DNA of 64,000 nt. Origin: Candidatus Hermodarchaeota archaeon (GTDB lineage Archaea; Asgardarchaeota; Hermodarchaeia; Hermodarchaeales; Hermodarchaeaceae). Positions 29,463 to 39,585 of this stretch are shown here, piece after piece. The stretch's first letter is position 1. Each line of letters begins with the position of its first letter. The translations under genes were made by a program, and so were the position numbers. Location: the NCBI GenBank assembly GCA_016839805.1, contig JAEOTO010000006.1:32001-96000 (forward strand), given 5' to 3'. The notes under the pieces were generated by a model, which did not search any database, had not been told where the DNA came from, and saw only the letters and a program-made list of their open reading frames with translations.

Positions 29463-30410
29463 ATGCTGCCATGGAGGAACGATTTCATGAACCTTGACTG
29501 GCTGATTAAAAAATTTACGACCTATGAAATTGCCAGTGCAGATGGAACAGCCATTGCCGCCGCCTCTGCGCTCAAGGATATTGCGATGAAAATACAAGCG
29601 AAATCTACAAAGGACCTCTATGAAAAAATCAAGGTCAACGCTTACGGACTTAGGGAGGCACGACAGAGCTCAGCGGCGTTGCTTAATTGTCTTGATTTCA
29701 TCGAAGATGCGGCTCTCTCCGCCTACCAGGTAAAAACACCCCTGAAAAAAATGCGAGAAGTAATTAGTGAAGCATGCACAAACTTCGTGGAACGGATTGC
29801 CGCAGCAAAGGACAAAATTGGAGAAATTGGATCAAAACGCATACGTTCCGGTGATCGGATTCTCACACTCTGCCGAAGTACGACTGTCTTATCGATTCTA
29901 AAGAAAGTGGCTGAGCAAGGGAAGGATATTGAAGTCTTTGTCGCGGAGAGTCGTCCCGATCTAGAGGGTCGTCTATTAGCAAATGAAGTGGCTGCGTTAG
30001 GCATACCTGTTACATTTTTCACAGATTTTGCCGCACGGATTTTTCTTCCTGATATGCATGTGATGCTAGCAGGAGGCGAAGCTATTGCTGCAAGCGGGGC
30101 CATTGTTTCCAAGGTTGGAACCGCAACACTTGCAGAGCTGTGTCATGATGCGCGAGTCCGTGTTCTCATCGCCGTAGGAAGCTACAAGTTTTCCCATGAA
30201 ACCATTTTGGGACGTCTAGTGGTTCTAGAAGAAGGAAATCCAGAACAAGTAGTACATAGTGACAAAATTGACTCTAAAGTAACGGTTCGTAATCCCCTCT
30301 TTGATGTTACCGGGCCTGAACACATAGACGCCTTCATAACTGAACGTGGCATCATTCCTCCCCAAGGAGCCTATCTACTTTTTACAACGAACCAAGAAAA
30401 CAAGCATTAG
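29463..30410 (+). CDS. Divergent eIF-2B/R15P-isomerase-family paralogue
   Basis: TLCRSTTV, ESRP, KVGT, NPLFDVT, ITERG retained; RGA lost and GAD replaced by GGE. Confidence 0.85.
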   Translation: MLPWRNDFMNLDWLIKKFTTYEIASADGTAIAAASALKDIAMKIQAKSTKDLYEKIKVNAYGLREARQSSAALLNCLDFIEDAALSAYQVKTPLKKMREVISEACTNFVERIAAAKDKIGEIGSKRIRSGDRILTLCRSTTVLSILKKVAEQGKDIEVFVAESRPDLEGRLLANEVAALGIPVTFFTDFAARIFLPDMHVMLAGGEAIAASGAIVSKVGTATLAELCHDARVRVLIAVGSYKFSHETILGRLVVLEEGNPEQVVHSDKIDSKVTVRNPLFDVTGPEHIDAFITERGIIPPQGAYLLFTTNQENKH

Positions 30411-30471
30411 AAAGGCTCAAAAACCTTAAACTACCGTGTTCTTCGAGAGTAACACGCTGGAAGTAAAACCC

Positions 30472-30687
30472 ATGCCTCCTACAACTACCACTAAAAAAAG
30501 TACAAAGAAATTAGCTGACATTGACGGCGAACTCTGTGGTGTTTGTCAAGCATGTGCCACAGTCTGTCCAGTCAACGCAATCGAGGTTACTGAAAGTTAC
30601 CTTATTGTTATTCCCGAAAAATGTACTGGCTGTGGAGTTTGCGTTACAGTGTGTCCTGTGGGAGCCATTACCCTAATAGAACGCTAA
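30472..30687 (+). CDS. 2[4Fe-4S] ferredoxin
   Basis: CGVCQACATVCP and CTGCGVCVTVCP. Confidence 0.92.
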   Translation: MPPTTTTKKSTKKLADIDGELCGVCQACATVCPVNAIEVTESYLIVIPEKCTGCGVCVTVCPVGAITLIER

Positions 30688-30718
30688 AATTGGTTAGAAC
30701 TTCTCAGAAGGTGTTAAT

Positions 30719-31936
30719 GTGTCAAATGAAAACCGTGTTATCGTTGTTGGTGCGGGACCAGCGGGTTCATCCACAGCAATGGGCGCCTTACGGGCTGGAG
30801 CGGCTGTAACGATTATTGATAGAAAAACCAATGTTGGGATTCCAGTCCAATGTGGAGAAGCCATTGGAAAAACGGGACCCGGGCTAGCAGAAATTAATGT
30901 TCCAGACGAATCAATTCGAGCTTCTGTTCGAGGGTTCCGTGTGTATAGCCCAGGTCAAATTACAGTAGATTACGCAGAAAAAGAACCAAGCGGGTACATT
31001 GTTGATCGACGCGTTTTCGACAAGGAACTCTTCGCCCGTGCTACCGAAGCTGGCGCTGATAGCCTCCTCGGAGCCCGAGTTCTGGACATCACACGATCTA
31101 ACGGAGTTGTTACTGGGGTAATTGTTCGCCACGACGGCCGACGCAACACCCTGAAAGCAAAAGTGGTCATAGGTGCAGATGGCGTAAACAGTCAGATTGC
31201 TCGCCTTACTGGACTTCGAAAATCTTACAAACCCGCAGATATTGATTCTTGTTTCGCCTATGAAATGGCAAATAGTGAACTTGAAGTCACAGATCTTATG
31301 GAATTCCTTCTAGGAAATGAAGTCTCACCACGAGGATACATTTGGATCTTCCCCAAGGGAAATGGTCGTGCAAATGTAGGTATTGGAATCGGCGGAACAG
31401 TCAAAACGAAGACAGCAAAAGAATACCTCGATCATTTCCTCAAGCATCATGATGTCGCTAAACGACAGCTAAGCCAGGCAAAAGTCATTGAAACTCGAGT
31501 GGGAGCTCTTCCTGTCTGTGGACCGAACAAAAAAAATGTGGTTGATGGCGCGCTTTTAGTCGGTGATTCCGCAGGTCATGTGCATCCCATTACAGGTGGT
31601 GGAATGGGGTATGCGATGGTTTGTGGTAACATCGCAGGAAGAGTTGCAGCTGAGTGCATCATGAAGGAGCAAGTAAGTGCTAAACATCTTCAAAAATACG
31701 AAGATGAATGGCGTAAGATCTATGGATCTGAGTTCGAGCAATCTCTCAAACTCCGCGAACTCATACTAAAAACTGATGATGCAACTTTGGATAAACTTGC
31801 AGGTATTGTTACCGGAGAATCGATTGTGCGCATGACGGCTGGAAAAAAGGTAAAAATCTTCATGAAAGCCATGGCGACTGGTGATAAACACCTTATTGCA
31901 TTAATGAACGAATTACGAAAACTTCGTATGGTATAA
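30719..31936 (+). CDS. Geranylgeranyl (digeranylgeranylglycerophospholipid) reductase
   Basis: VVGAGPAG, PVQCGE, PRGYIWIFP (PxxYxWxFP), LVGDSAG.V.PITGGG; upstream ferredoxin. Confidence 0.9.
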   Translation: MSNENRVIVVGAGPAGSSTAMGALRAGAAVTIIDRKTNVGIPVQCGEAIGKTGPGLAEINVPDESIRASVRGFRVYSPGQITVDYAEKEPSGYIVDRRVFDKELFARATEAGADSLLGARVLDITRSNGVVTGVIVRHDGRRNTLKAKVVIGADGVNSQIARLTGLRKSYKPADIDSCFAYEMANSELEVTDLMEFLLGNEVSPRGYIWIFPKGNGRANVGIGIGGTVKTKTAKEYLDHFLKHHDVAKRQLSQAKVIETRVGALPVCGPNKKNVVDGALLVGDSAGHVHPITGGGMGYAMVCGNIAGRVAAECIMKEQVSAKHLQKYEDEWRKIYGSEFEQSLKLRELILKTDDATLDKLAGIVTGESIVRMTAGKKVKIFMKAMATGDKHLIALMNELRKLRMV

Positions 31937-32009
31937 CGTGGATAATTTAGGGTAAACAACTTTAAATCATCATTCTCCTCTCATAATCAGGATAATCGAG
32001 GTAAGCTCC

Positions 32010-32492
32010 ATGGCATCCTCAACAACTGGCACAATAATTGGTGTAATCGTTGGCTTTTTCGCCTGCTTAGGCATCTCTTTTGGAATCTTGTATGCTGCTG
32101 CTATGGGATTTCCACTTACAGGTCCTGGTCTTATACCGCCCAATGTTGCAGCTACCTTCCTTAGTCTACCCGTGTTGAATCAACTGCAAACAGTCTATAC
32201 GGAGGTTCTCTTAAACATCCTCATTGTCTTCATCCTAGCGCCCATTGTCTGGCTCATTAGCGGGCTGATTGGAGGACTAATTGTCCGTGATATGATGAAA
32301 GGGGCCGCTGCAGGGTTAATTGCGGCTATCATCGCGCCTTTCGTAACCCTGGCAATTAACTGGGTTATCGCTCCTGGATTAAACTTTGATCTTCTCCTCG
32401 GCTGGGTTATCAATGCAATTCTAGCCGGGTTAATCGCTGCTGTCGGTGGAGTCATCGGTGGAACACTCACCTCCCGATTCGAAGCACACTAG
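32010..32492 (+). CDS. Small Gly-rich 4-TM membrane protein
   Basis: Hydrophobic helices with GxxGG motifs. Confidence 0.65.
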   Translation: MASSTTGTIIGVIVGFFACLGISFGILYAAAMGFPLTGPGLIPPNVAATFLSLPVLNQLQTVYTEVLLNILIVFILAPIVWLISGLIGGLIVRDMMKGAAAGLIAAIIAPFVTLAINWVIAPGLNFDLLLGWVINAILAGLIAAVGGVIGGTLTSRFEAH

Positions 32493-32530
32493 AGCCACAT
32501 TAATAAACCCACATCCCAAGGCTCCATATC

Positions 32531-33124
32531 ATGCCTAAACCCAGGAGTTCCTACACTGTTTCTTTTGGACTCTTTGTTGGGGTGACTCTCTCCATTCTTG
32601 TTTTTTTCTTGCAGTCAGCTTTAATCCAAACTCTTGTATACACCACATACGCAGGACTAATTGACGTTTTCCAATTATATGAATTAGCCTGGATTCTCGC
32701 CACTATTGACTATCTTCTGAACTTTACTTTCATAATTCCATTAAGTCTCTGGATTGCGCTATCCATAGTAATAGCACTTCTCATTCGAAACATGACTGCA
32801 ACTCTCACCACAATCAGTATAGGAATATTACTACCTGGTTGTATCTGGTTGCTCTTCACAATCAAATACGCTATTATCGCTGGGTTCACAATCAGCTTCA
32901 TATTTTCCTTCGTCCTGTGGCATATAGTAGTACCCCTCACAATTACGCTAAGCATTGCTTCGCTGATTTCCCTTCCATTTTGGGCATTACAACGTCGTCA
33001 ACCTGATGTTACTACTGCACCAGCAACCATGAGCTTTGTCTGTTCACAGTGTGGCACCGAATACCGTTCTAAACCACTAATCTGTGTCCAATGTGGTGAA
33101 GAAGGTACAATCGAAGAAGCCTAG
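32531..33124 (+). CDS. Membrane protein with C-terminal zinc ribbon
   Basis: About four TM helices; CSQCG...CVQCG. Confidence 0.7.
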   Translation: MPKPRSSYTVSFGLFVGVTLSILVFFLQSALIQTLVYTTYAGLIDVFQLYELAWILATIDYLLNFTFIIPLSLWIALSIVIALLIRNMTATLTTISIGILLPGCIWLLFTIKYAIIAGFTISFIFSFVLWHIVVPLTITLSIASLISLPFWALQRRQPDVTTAPATMSFVCSQCGTEYRSKPLICVQCGEEGTIEEA

Positions 33125-33231
33125 CATATGTTGCGGTTTTATTAATCGTTATTGTGATAATCTCAAAAAAACATTAAGTCTGTTGAGAAAAACATAAAGA
33201 CTTATTTATGTTCTTTGGCGATTATTCAGTA

Positions 33232-33377
33232 GCCGGTAGGGCAAGCGACACAATTTTAAAAAACCGAAAACTCCTCATAGGCAGAATCCTCCCAAGGAGG
33301 CCTCAGGCCCGAGTCGTCCTCGCCCTCCAAAACAACATCCCTCCTCCCTCGACTGCCCTTCCGGCGTCATTTTTTTT
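33232..33377 (+). ncRNA. Candidate structured small RNA (unassigned)
   Basis: Terminal stem GCCGGTAGGGCAAGCGA/TCGACTGCCCTTCCGGC, internal hairpins, TATA-like TTATTTAT ~25 nt upstream, T8 tract downstream; lies between convergent genes. Strand inferred. Confidence 0.5.
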
Positions 33378-33424
33378 ATTATAATGATTTGACAAAATAG
33401 CGCGTAGCTACTAAATGAAACAGG

Positions 33425-34288
33425 TCAAGTGGCTACTGGTTTGGCGAGGATGTTGTTGGTAATTGCAAATTCTAAGACTTCAACGATAGCATATTCAGGT
33501 AATCCTAGTAGAAAGGCGATTGTTTTGACATCTCGTTTCCCATCGACTAGAAATAGAATGTCTCGAGCAAAGGGACCAAATTTATCATAGAGATTACCAC
33601 CCACAGGTGATCCTTTGTCGAGAGCGGCGAGTAGGGCCTCGCCTCCTTGTGGGACAAAGGTTAGATCTATTCGAGATTCTGGTGATGTGGGTGTTGGGGG
33701 AGGTATAGATTCGATGGATTCAACTGGTGGGGGTTCTAATGGTGGGGGAAGCGATTCTTCATCAGAAATAGGAGAAACTGGTTCTATCGGTATTGTTGGT
33801 TCTGGTGGTGTAGCTGGGACCGGAGTGGGTGGTGGAGTGGGGGGAGGTTCAGTTTTTGTCTCTGGTGGGAGTGTTTCTGGTGGAGGTGGAGCAGGTGTTG
33901 GTGTTGTAGGTTGTGGGGGAGGTGTAGGTTTGGGTTCAGCAGGAGCTACAGGCATGGTTTTTAAGATTTCCAGATCCAGCTCACGGAGAGCAAGAAGGGT
34001 AGCTTTGGTTTTTACTACAGCTATTCCTAGTGAGAGATTGGGTGGAAATAGAACTGCGAGTAACCAATTGTTAGCAATTTTTGATATAACTACGAGCCCA
34101 GCTTCGGTGTTGACTGTGAGCTGGCTTATTTGCCCCTTGTAGAGACTCACAGTCTGTTTTACCATGGCTTCGGTGTCTGGATCAAGTTTGCTTTGATAGA
34201 CGACATTATCGGGTGATATAATACAGAATGCTTTGACCATCCGGTCAAACCGAAGGTTATCAAGTGCCCGCTGGACATCCTCTGCCAT
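33425..34288 (-). CDS. Roadblock-like domain + Pro/Thr/Glu-rich linker + C-terminal winged helix
   Basis: AFCIISPDN...QLTVNTEAGLVVISKI...LLAVLFPPNLSLG; polyproline linker; ILFLVDGKRDVKTIA. Confidence 0.7.
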   Translation of the reverse strand: MAEDVQRALDNLRFDRMVKAFCIISPDNVVYQSKLDPDTEAMVKQTVSLYKGQISQLTVNTEAGLVVISKIANNWLLAVLFPPNLSLGIAVVKTKATLLALRELDLEILKTMPVAPAEPKPTPPPQPTTPTPAPPPPETLPPETKTEPPPTPPPTPVPATPPEPTIPIEPVSPISDEESLPPPLEPPPVESIESIPPPTPTSPESRIDLTFVPQGGEALLAALDKGSPVGGNLYDKFGPFARDILFLVDGKRDVKTIAFLLGLPEYAIVEVLEFAITNNILAKPVAT

Positions 34289-34367
34289 TGCTAGAGCTAT
34301 ACCCCCGAATGCGCATTTTGACTATACGGTACTGGGAATTAGCGCTCTAAAATCTTTGCGCCTTTAA

Positions 34368-36098
34368 TTATTCAGTCATGTTAATGTTGACTTTCTCCCC
34401 ATTTCCATCAATAAATCCAAAACCTTTACGTTCTAATTGAATAATTGTGCCTGGTTTTACCTCTCGAATTGCGTGTTCTGCTATTCCCTCCACCTTCCGT
34501 AGACTCGAAGAATTCAATTCACCTTTAATAAAGAGAACATCGGGATAACGCAATTCCATAGGAATCGAGTCATCTATGACCCATTGAATTCTAAATTCCG
34601 CCTGATCTAAGTCATCCCCTGCATAACTACAGTATATTGCTTTCTTTGTTTTTCTTTGAACCTGAATATTATAGCCGTGTTTCAATCGGAATATGTCTCC
34701 ATTCTTCAGTCGATTTGCATCTTGTCCATCAATATAGACGCTGTCCTTTATTGTGATGGTTCGAGTTCCTCGGTCTTTGAAATCAGGATGAAAAGGAATC
34801 TTCGCTGTGTGAGGCTTTGCATTAGAAATCTCAACCAGACTGGGTTGTGTAACAGCATAATAACGGTTAGCAATCGGGTCAACCAAGCGGCGATTGATGC
34901 CCAGAAGGACAGACCAATCTAATACAGGTTGTGCGACACTCAGTCCGACTTCCCGAGTCATTTCCCTAATCGCTTCAGGTATAATCCCTCGCCGTCGAAG
35001 AGCGGCTAGTGTGGTTAGACGAATGTCGTTCCATCCACTGATGAATCCAGATTTTATCAATGGTCGAATCTTACGTTTACTGACAGGACTACCTTCAATG
35101 GTAAATCGCGACCATTCTTGAATTAGAGGTTGGGGCAACTGAAAGAGATCTCGAATATATGCTTGGAGTTCATCTCTACTTGCAAATTCGTTACTCCGCA
35201 GTATGTGGCTGATCCCATTGCGGTGATCTTCTAATGCATTAGCAAAGTCATAGGTGGGCCATAGTCGGTATTGGGTTCCTTGAAATGGATGGGGATAATC
35301 GATAATACGGAAAATGTTAGGGTCGCGCATTACTGCGTTTGGGTGGTTCATGTCCACGCGCAAGCGACACACAATTTCCCTTTCTTTATATTTTCCATCA
35401 ATTATCTTATCCCAAATTGCTACATTCTTGTCACCTATATCTTGGCGATGTGGGCAAGGTGTACCGGCTCGGCGACCTTCTTTGATGACATCTGCTTGGC
35501 AAGTGCAAAAATACGCTTCCTGGCGTTCGAGTAGTTCTCGGGCCTTTTCATAGAAGTATGGCATGTCATCGGAAACCTTTAGCTCTTCATCCCAATCAAT
35601 CTCCATCCATTGATAGCCTTTTTTGAAAGCTTCATAGTACTCTTTTTGGACGTTTCGCGGGTTGGTGTCTTCAAATCGGAGGATTAACCGACCCCTGTAT
35701 TTCCGCGCATAATACCAGTTAATGTACCCTGCGTATGCATGCCCAATATGTGGGTAGCCACTTGGTTCAGGGGGTAATCGCGTCACCACTTTTCTCATTT
35801 TCGCGTCTTGTAGAGCTGGAAGCTCTTTGACACGACGTTCCTTGGACGCTTCTAGCAAATCGGGAGCCAAGTCCTGCAGTTCAGCTATTTGGTCAGCCAG
35901 AGGTATCTTATTGACCTCAGTTACAATACGGTTTACCTGCTCAATGATATCCTGAGCTTGTGATCGCAATTCAGGTCGTTCTGCAAGTAACTTTCCAATC
36001 ACGGCTTGTGAATTTGCCGTTCCGTGGAATTTAATGGCATTCGCTAGACTATATTTTCGAATAATGGGTCCTACTGGTATTTTGGAATCTTTATTCAA
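34368..36098 (-). CDS. gltX: Glutamyl-tRNA synthetase (archaeal)
   Basis: PPEPSGYPHIGHA, LRFEDTNP, PTYDFA, SKRK. Confidence 0.95.
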   Translation of the reverse strand: MNKDSKIPVGPIIRKYSLANAIKFHGTANSQAVIGKLLAERPELRSQAQDIIEQVNRIVTEVNKIPLADQIAELQDLAPDLLEASKERRVKELPALQDAKMRKVVTRLPPEPSGYPHIGHAYAGYINWYYARKYRGRLILRFEDTNPRNVQKEYYEAFKKGYQWMEIDWDEELKVSDDMPYFYEKARELLERQEAYFCTCQADVIKEGRRAGTPCPHRQDIGDKNVAIWDKIIDGKYKEREIVCRLRVDMNHPNAVMRDPNIFRIIDYPHPFQGTQYRLWPTYDFANALEDHRNGISHILRSNEFASRDELQAYIRDLFQLPQPLIQEWSRFTIEGSPVSKRKIRPLIKSGFISGWNDIRLTTLAALRRRGIIPEAIREMTREVGLSVAQPVLDWSVLLGINRRLVDPIANRYYAVTQPSLVEISNAKPHTAKIPFHPDFKDRGTRTITIKDSVYIDGQDANRLKNGDIFRLKHGYNIQVQRKTKKAIYCSYAGDDLDQAEFRIQWVIDDSIPMELRYPDVLFIKGELNSSSLRKVEGIAEHAIREVKPGTIIQLERKGFGFIDGNGEKVNINMTE

Positions 36099-36146
36099 GT
36101 CTTGTCCGATCCTAGTTCACATATTTGTCAAAGTGTTGAGGCGCAC

Positions 36147-36755
36147 TTATGCTTTTTGTGGTTTTAAGGGAAGCGTCCGCTCTTCCATTATTTGATGTAG
36201 AAGTTTTGGATCTAAGGTGTGTAGCCACGAGATTTGCCCAACGACAAACTGATTTCCTTTTCCTGATAAAATTGCTTCGATGGCTTCTACTACTTCTTCA
36301 AGTGTTAGACTGGTGGTATCGACTTCGAAGACCTTGGAACTGTCATGGCGAGTCATTGCCTGAGCCGTGCATTCACTCAGTATTTCTGCTTGGATATTCT
36401 CCAAAATTTTCTCATGCGTCCAACCACGTTGAAGCAGTCGTTGGGTTAAGACAACAGGATTACACCGCAATACTACTATCAATTCCAGAAATTCAACAGG
36501 TACTTCATCAGCAAAATGGCCAACAGCGATATAACGCTCATCTGCCTTACGAGCCAGATCAACGAGAAAATGTCGCAGCTGATCAACATCTACTATGAAG
36601 GTATCTCGCTCCTGATCTCTTCCTAGGAGCAGTTGTTTCTGTTTTGCAAGGTCACTGAGCTCTAGGATTTGAGCATTAAGGCGCTTAGCTAATAGTTGAC
36701 CTACTTCGGTTTTACCAGTGCCAGGAGTTCCTGAAATCGCGAGTATGCGGTTCAA
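36147..36755 (-). CDS. Adenylate kinase AK6/Fap7 family
   Basis: ISGTPGTGKT, AVGH, VVLRCNP, RGW...KILENIQAEIL. Confidence 0.9.
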   Translation of the reverse strand: MNRILAISGTPGTGKTEVGQLLAKRLNAQILELSDLAKQKQLLLGRDQERDTFIVDVDQLRHFLVDLARKADERYIAVGHFADEVPVEFLELIVVLRCNPVVLTQRLLQRGWTHEKILENIQAEILSECTAQAMTRHDSSKVFEVDTTSLTLEEVVEAIEAILSGKGNQFVVGQISWLHTLDPKLLHQIMEERTLPLKPQKA

Positions 36756-36908
36756 TCTGCTTCACCAATTGGCTTTATGTGTATAACATGAAGTAGCTCA
36801 TTAGATCCCATATGATTCTGGGAAAATACTTGATAAGGCTAATGCCCAGAACGCAAAAACACCTTTTTTATTACTGCATCTATGCTGAAAATCTTTTCAC
36901 AAAAAGTT

Positions 36909-37094
36909 TTACCGGTTCTCCCTTTCGTAGTCCTCGAGGGCTGCTAATTCACGTTGAAGGCGAATTCGATGAGGACCTGTTGAGGCTGCAATGGCTTGGC
37001 GAAGTAAACGTTTCTCCCGGCGAATATCCCGGTGAGGAAACTCGTCACGGGATCTTGAATGACCTCGTACAACCTCTATATAATCTGTGCTCAC
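36909..37094 (-). CDS. Small hypothetical protein
   Basis: 61-aa helical-looking ORF co-oriented with its neighbours. Confidence 0.45.
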   Translation of the reverse strand: MSTDYIEVVRGHSRSRDEFPHRDIRREKRLLRQAIAASTGPHRIRLQRELAALEDYERENR

Positions 37095-37170
37095 TTATCT
37101 TGCACCGACTAAAACCACGAATGGAGCTATTTAAAACCAGAGAGGGGTTCGTATAAGTAAAGAAGGGTCA

Positions 37171-37836
37171 TTAAGGTTCTTCTGGCACCTGATAACGAGT
37201 GCCACCTAAAAAGCTCTTCTTTTTAACTACCATTTTCTTAGCAATCAATGCATCAAGAGTCAGCTGCACCCGTATTTGAGGCCATTGAGTGGACAGCATA
37301 ATTTGTTCTAGCGATACTTTTCCTGATTTTCGTGCTGCGATATCAAGAATAGTGGCTTCATCTTCGCTGAGAAACTCATCATGTAATTGCACGACAAGAG
37401 TTCCTTGTACTTCGGAGATGTGCAGTACTTTTTCGTTTTTGAGCTTCTTTAGAACTTTTTGAAGTTCTTTACTCGAGAGTTTACTATACTGGTCGATTGC
37501 ATGAATTTGAGTGTATAAATCCGCTGCTGTTAGAGGTGCCTTGGTTTTTTTGCCGGTAGAGTCAGTTGCTAATAAGTGCACAATTGATTCTTCTAGAGTT
37601 TGGGGGAGCTGGATTTCGATATGGAATTCTTCTTTCAGTTGCTTGAGCTGTGGTTCAATATCGGAAAATAATTGGGTTTTCGAAGGGGCTTGGCTGTCGA
37701 GTTCTTCGAGTCGGGTACGAAGCTCTGTATCTTTGGTAGGATCACCTGCTTCGACTTTTTTCTTCAATCGTTTGCCGAATCGCTGAAAGGCTTCATCAAG
37801 GTCATCTTGGTTATCTTGTTCAGCAGGCATTGACAT
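37171..37836 (-). CDS. ESCRT-II Vps22/Vps36 (EAP30)-like tandem winged-helix protein
   Basis: C-terminal LSEDEATILDIAARKSGKVSLEQIMLSTQWPQIRVQLTLDALIAKKMV resembles the second EAP30 winged helix. Confidence 0.65.
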   Translation of the reverse strand: MSMPAEQDNQDDLDEAFQRFGKRLKKKVEAGDPTKDTELRTRLEELDSQAPSKTQLFSDIEPQLKQLKEEFHIEIQLPQTLEESIVHLLATDSTGKKTKAPLTAADLYTQIHAIDQYSKLSSKELQKVLKKLKNEKVLHISEVQGTLVVQLHDEFLSEDEATILDIAARKSGKVSLEQIMLSTQWPQIRVQLTLDALIAKKMVVKKKSFLGGTRYQVPEEP

Positions 37837-37987
37837 AACTCCCAGGGATTACTTCATTTACTCTAAGAAGTGTCACACTTTTAAAGAATTGGAGCTGTGA
37901 CCTCCTTTTAGTGCAGTGATGGGGTTGATTGAGAAATACCCAATGCAAAACCATTAACGTCTTTTCCCGACATCAGGAATTAAATTA

Positions 37988-39388
37988 TTATGGTAATAAC
38001 CATCGGCGTAAACTGGATATTATTGGAATGATTAGTAACCCAGGTTCTGTGGAATCAGTGTAAACAGAATGTACGGGGTGTTCTTTTTTGCTAACTAGTG
38101 TATTTTTCATACCAAATGAAGCAGTTGGTGGACACTCTAGTGATCTGCTTGTTGGCATTCGTAGAGAAATAGCAGAGCCAATCAAACCTGGGGTCGAGTT
38201 TCCAGGCGGAGTTACATTGACCCATACTTGGGGGAACCGGAACCAAAGGTTGGTTATATTCTGTTTCCAGTCAATATCACGAGGAGTATGAATCGTGATA
38301 TCGGCTTTGGGGAAATGCATGGGCTGGTCTAATATTGTTCCTGTATACCCTGACTGAAGGAAGTATTCGTTATCAGGTGTCGTAAAATCTAGGAGACAGA
38401 ATGAGGAATTTGTGAATGTCGTTACATTGAGATCAAAGACTAATCCCCAAGAGGTGTTGGCTGACAAGGCGATATCGAAGTTCGCATGAAACCCAAGGTG
38501 AGTTTCATTGTCTACAGCTGGTGTTAGGTCCCCACCTGTGGGTCTTCCCACTTGGATTACATCATCAAGTGTAATATTCGCTATCAGAGTCGTTTCATTG
38601 TAGATCTGTTTTGGGAAAAGGAGGGTGCAATTACCATAGTTATATTCGTTAGTGTCAGGTCCCGTATTGAACGTGACGTTGCAATGGACTATGGTTGGTG
38701 TATTGTAGATGAGAGTATCGTTTTCCATGGAAATTGTGAAGTTGAAAGAGAACAAGTCACTTAGGGCATCCTCAGCTAGGAAGGTGTTGTCACTACTGTT
38801 GAGATAAAAGTCCCAAAATAGTGACCAATAGCCTGTCATCTGAGGTCCACCTACGAGGGGGATCTCAGGGTCATCCTCTAAGAAATTCGGATTTATCCAG
38901 TTAACTGAATATTCCACACTATTTGCATCAGTGTTTGGCACAATATTATACTCATTACCATAATAATCGTAAAAGACAGTAAATTCCGGAAAGGTGAAAT
39001 TCACTTCTGGTTCTTCGAAAACACGCTGAAACGTAACATTTAGTGGCTGATTACCTGTATGCGTACCAGCACCATACCGGCTTCGTAGATAATCAACGTT
39101 CACTTGACCCGTTTCATTGATGAAAATGAAAAAATTATCCTGTTGCAGGATTTCAACTCTGCCTGGGTCAAGCTCTGGAGGTGGGGGAACATATCTTGGC
39201 CAAAGAATGATGGCACCTGTAATAATGATAATAAGAACTGCAACTATAAGACCGCTGCGTATCCATCCAGGCATCCGTTGGACTCGGTATCGTTCTTGGC
39301 GTTCTCGTTTGCGCTGTAGTTTTTCAGGAATACGTTCCAAACGTTTCTTTTCTTTACGTTTCTTGTCTTTCCGTCGTCGAGACACCAC
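37988..39388 (-). CDS. Single-pass membrane protein with basic N-terminal tail and N-glycosylation-rich external domain
   Basis: K/R-rich N-terminus, one TM helix, PPPP, many NxS/T sequons. Confidence 0.7.
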   Translation of the reverse strand: MVSRRRKDKKRKEKKRLERIPEKLQRKRERQERYRVQRMPGWIRSGLIVAVLIIIITGAIILWPRYVPPPPELDPGRVEILQQDNFFIFINETGQVNVDYLRSRYGAGTHTGNQPLNVTFQRVFEEPEVNFTFPEFTVFYDYYGNEYNIVPNTDANSVEYSVNWINPNFLEDDPEIPLVGGPQMTGYWSLFWDFYLNSSDNTFLAEDALSDLFSFNFTISMENDTLIYNTPTIVHCNVTFNTGPDTNEYNYGNCTLLFPKQIYNETTLIANITLDDVIQVGRPTGGDLTPAVDNETHLGFHANFDIALSANTSWGLVFDLNVTTFTNSSFCLLDFTTPDNEYFLQSGYTGTILDQPMHFPKADITIHTPRDIDWKQNITNLWFRFPQVWVNVTPPGNSTPGLIGSAISLRMPTSRSLECPPTASFGMKNTLVSKKEHPVHSVYTDSTEPGLLIIPIISSLRRWLLP

Positions 39389-39585
39389 AAACTACCTACC
39401 TTTCTTGGCGAGACCGTCGTGTATGTTTCTATATTTCAACCTTACGGCTACGGTAAGCGAAGTGAACTACGGTTTTATTATTTTGCTTTCGATTATGAAA
39501 TGAGCCATCAGAAAATTTAAATGACCCACTGTGAACTGAGGTCGCGCCATCTAAAACTATGATCCATAGAATCTAAGAGTGTGAA

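Noticed and set aside
33615-34142. Gly-rich 175-aa ORF on the + strand
   Set aside because: Antisense of the polyproline linker.
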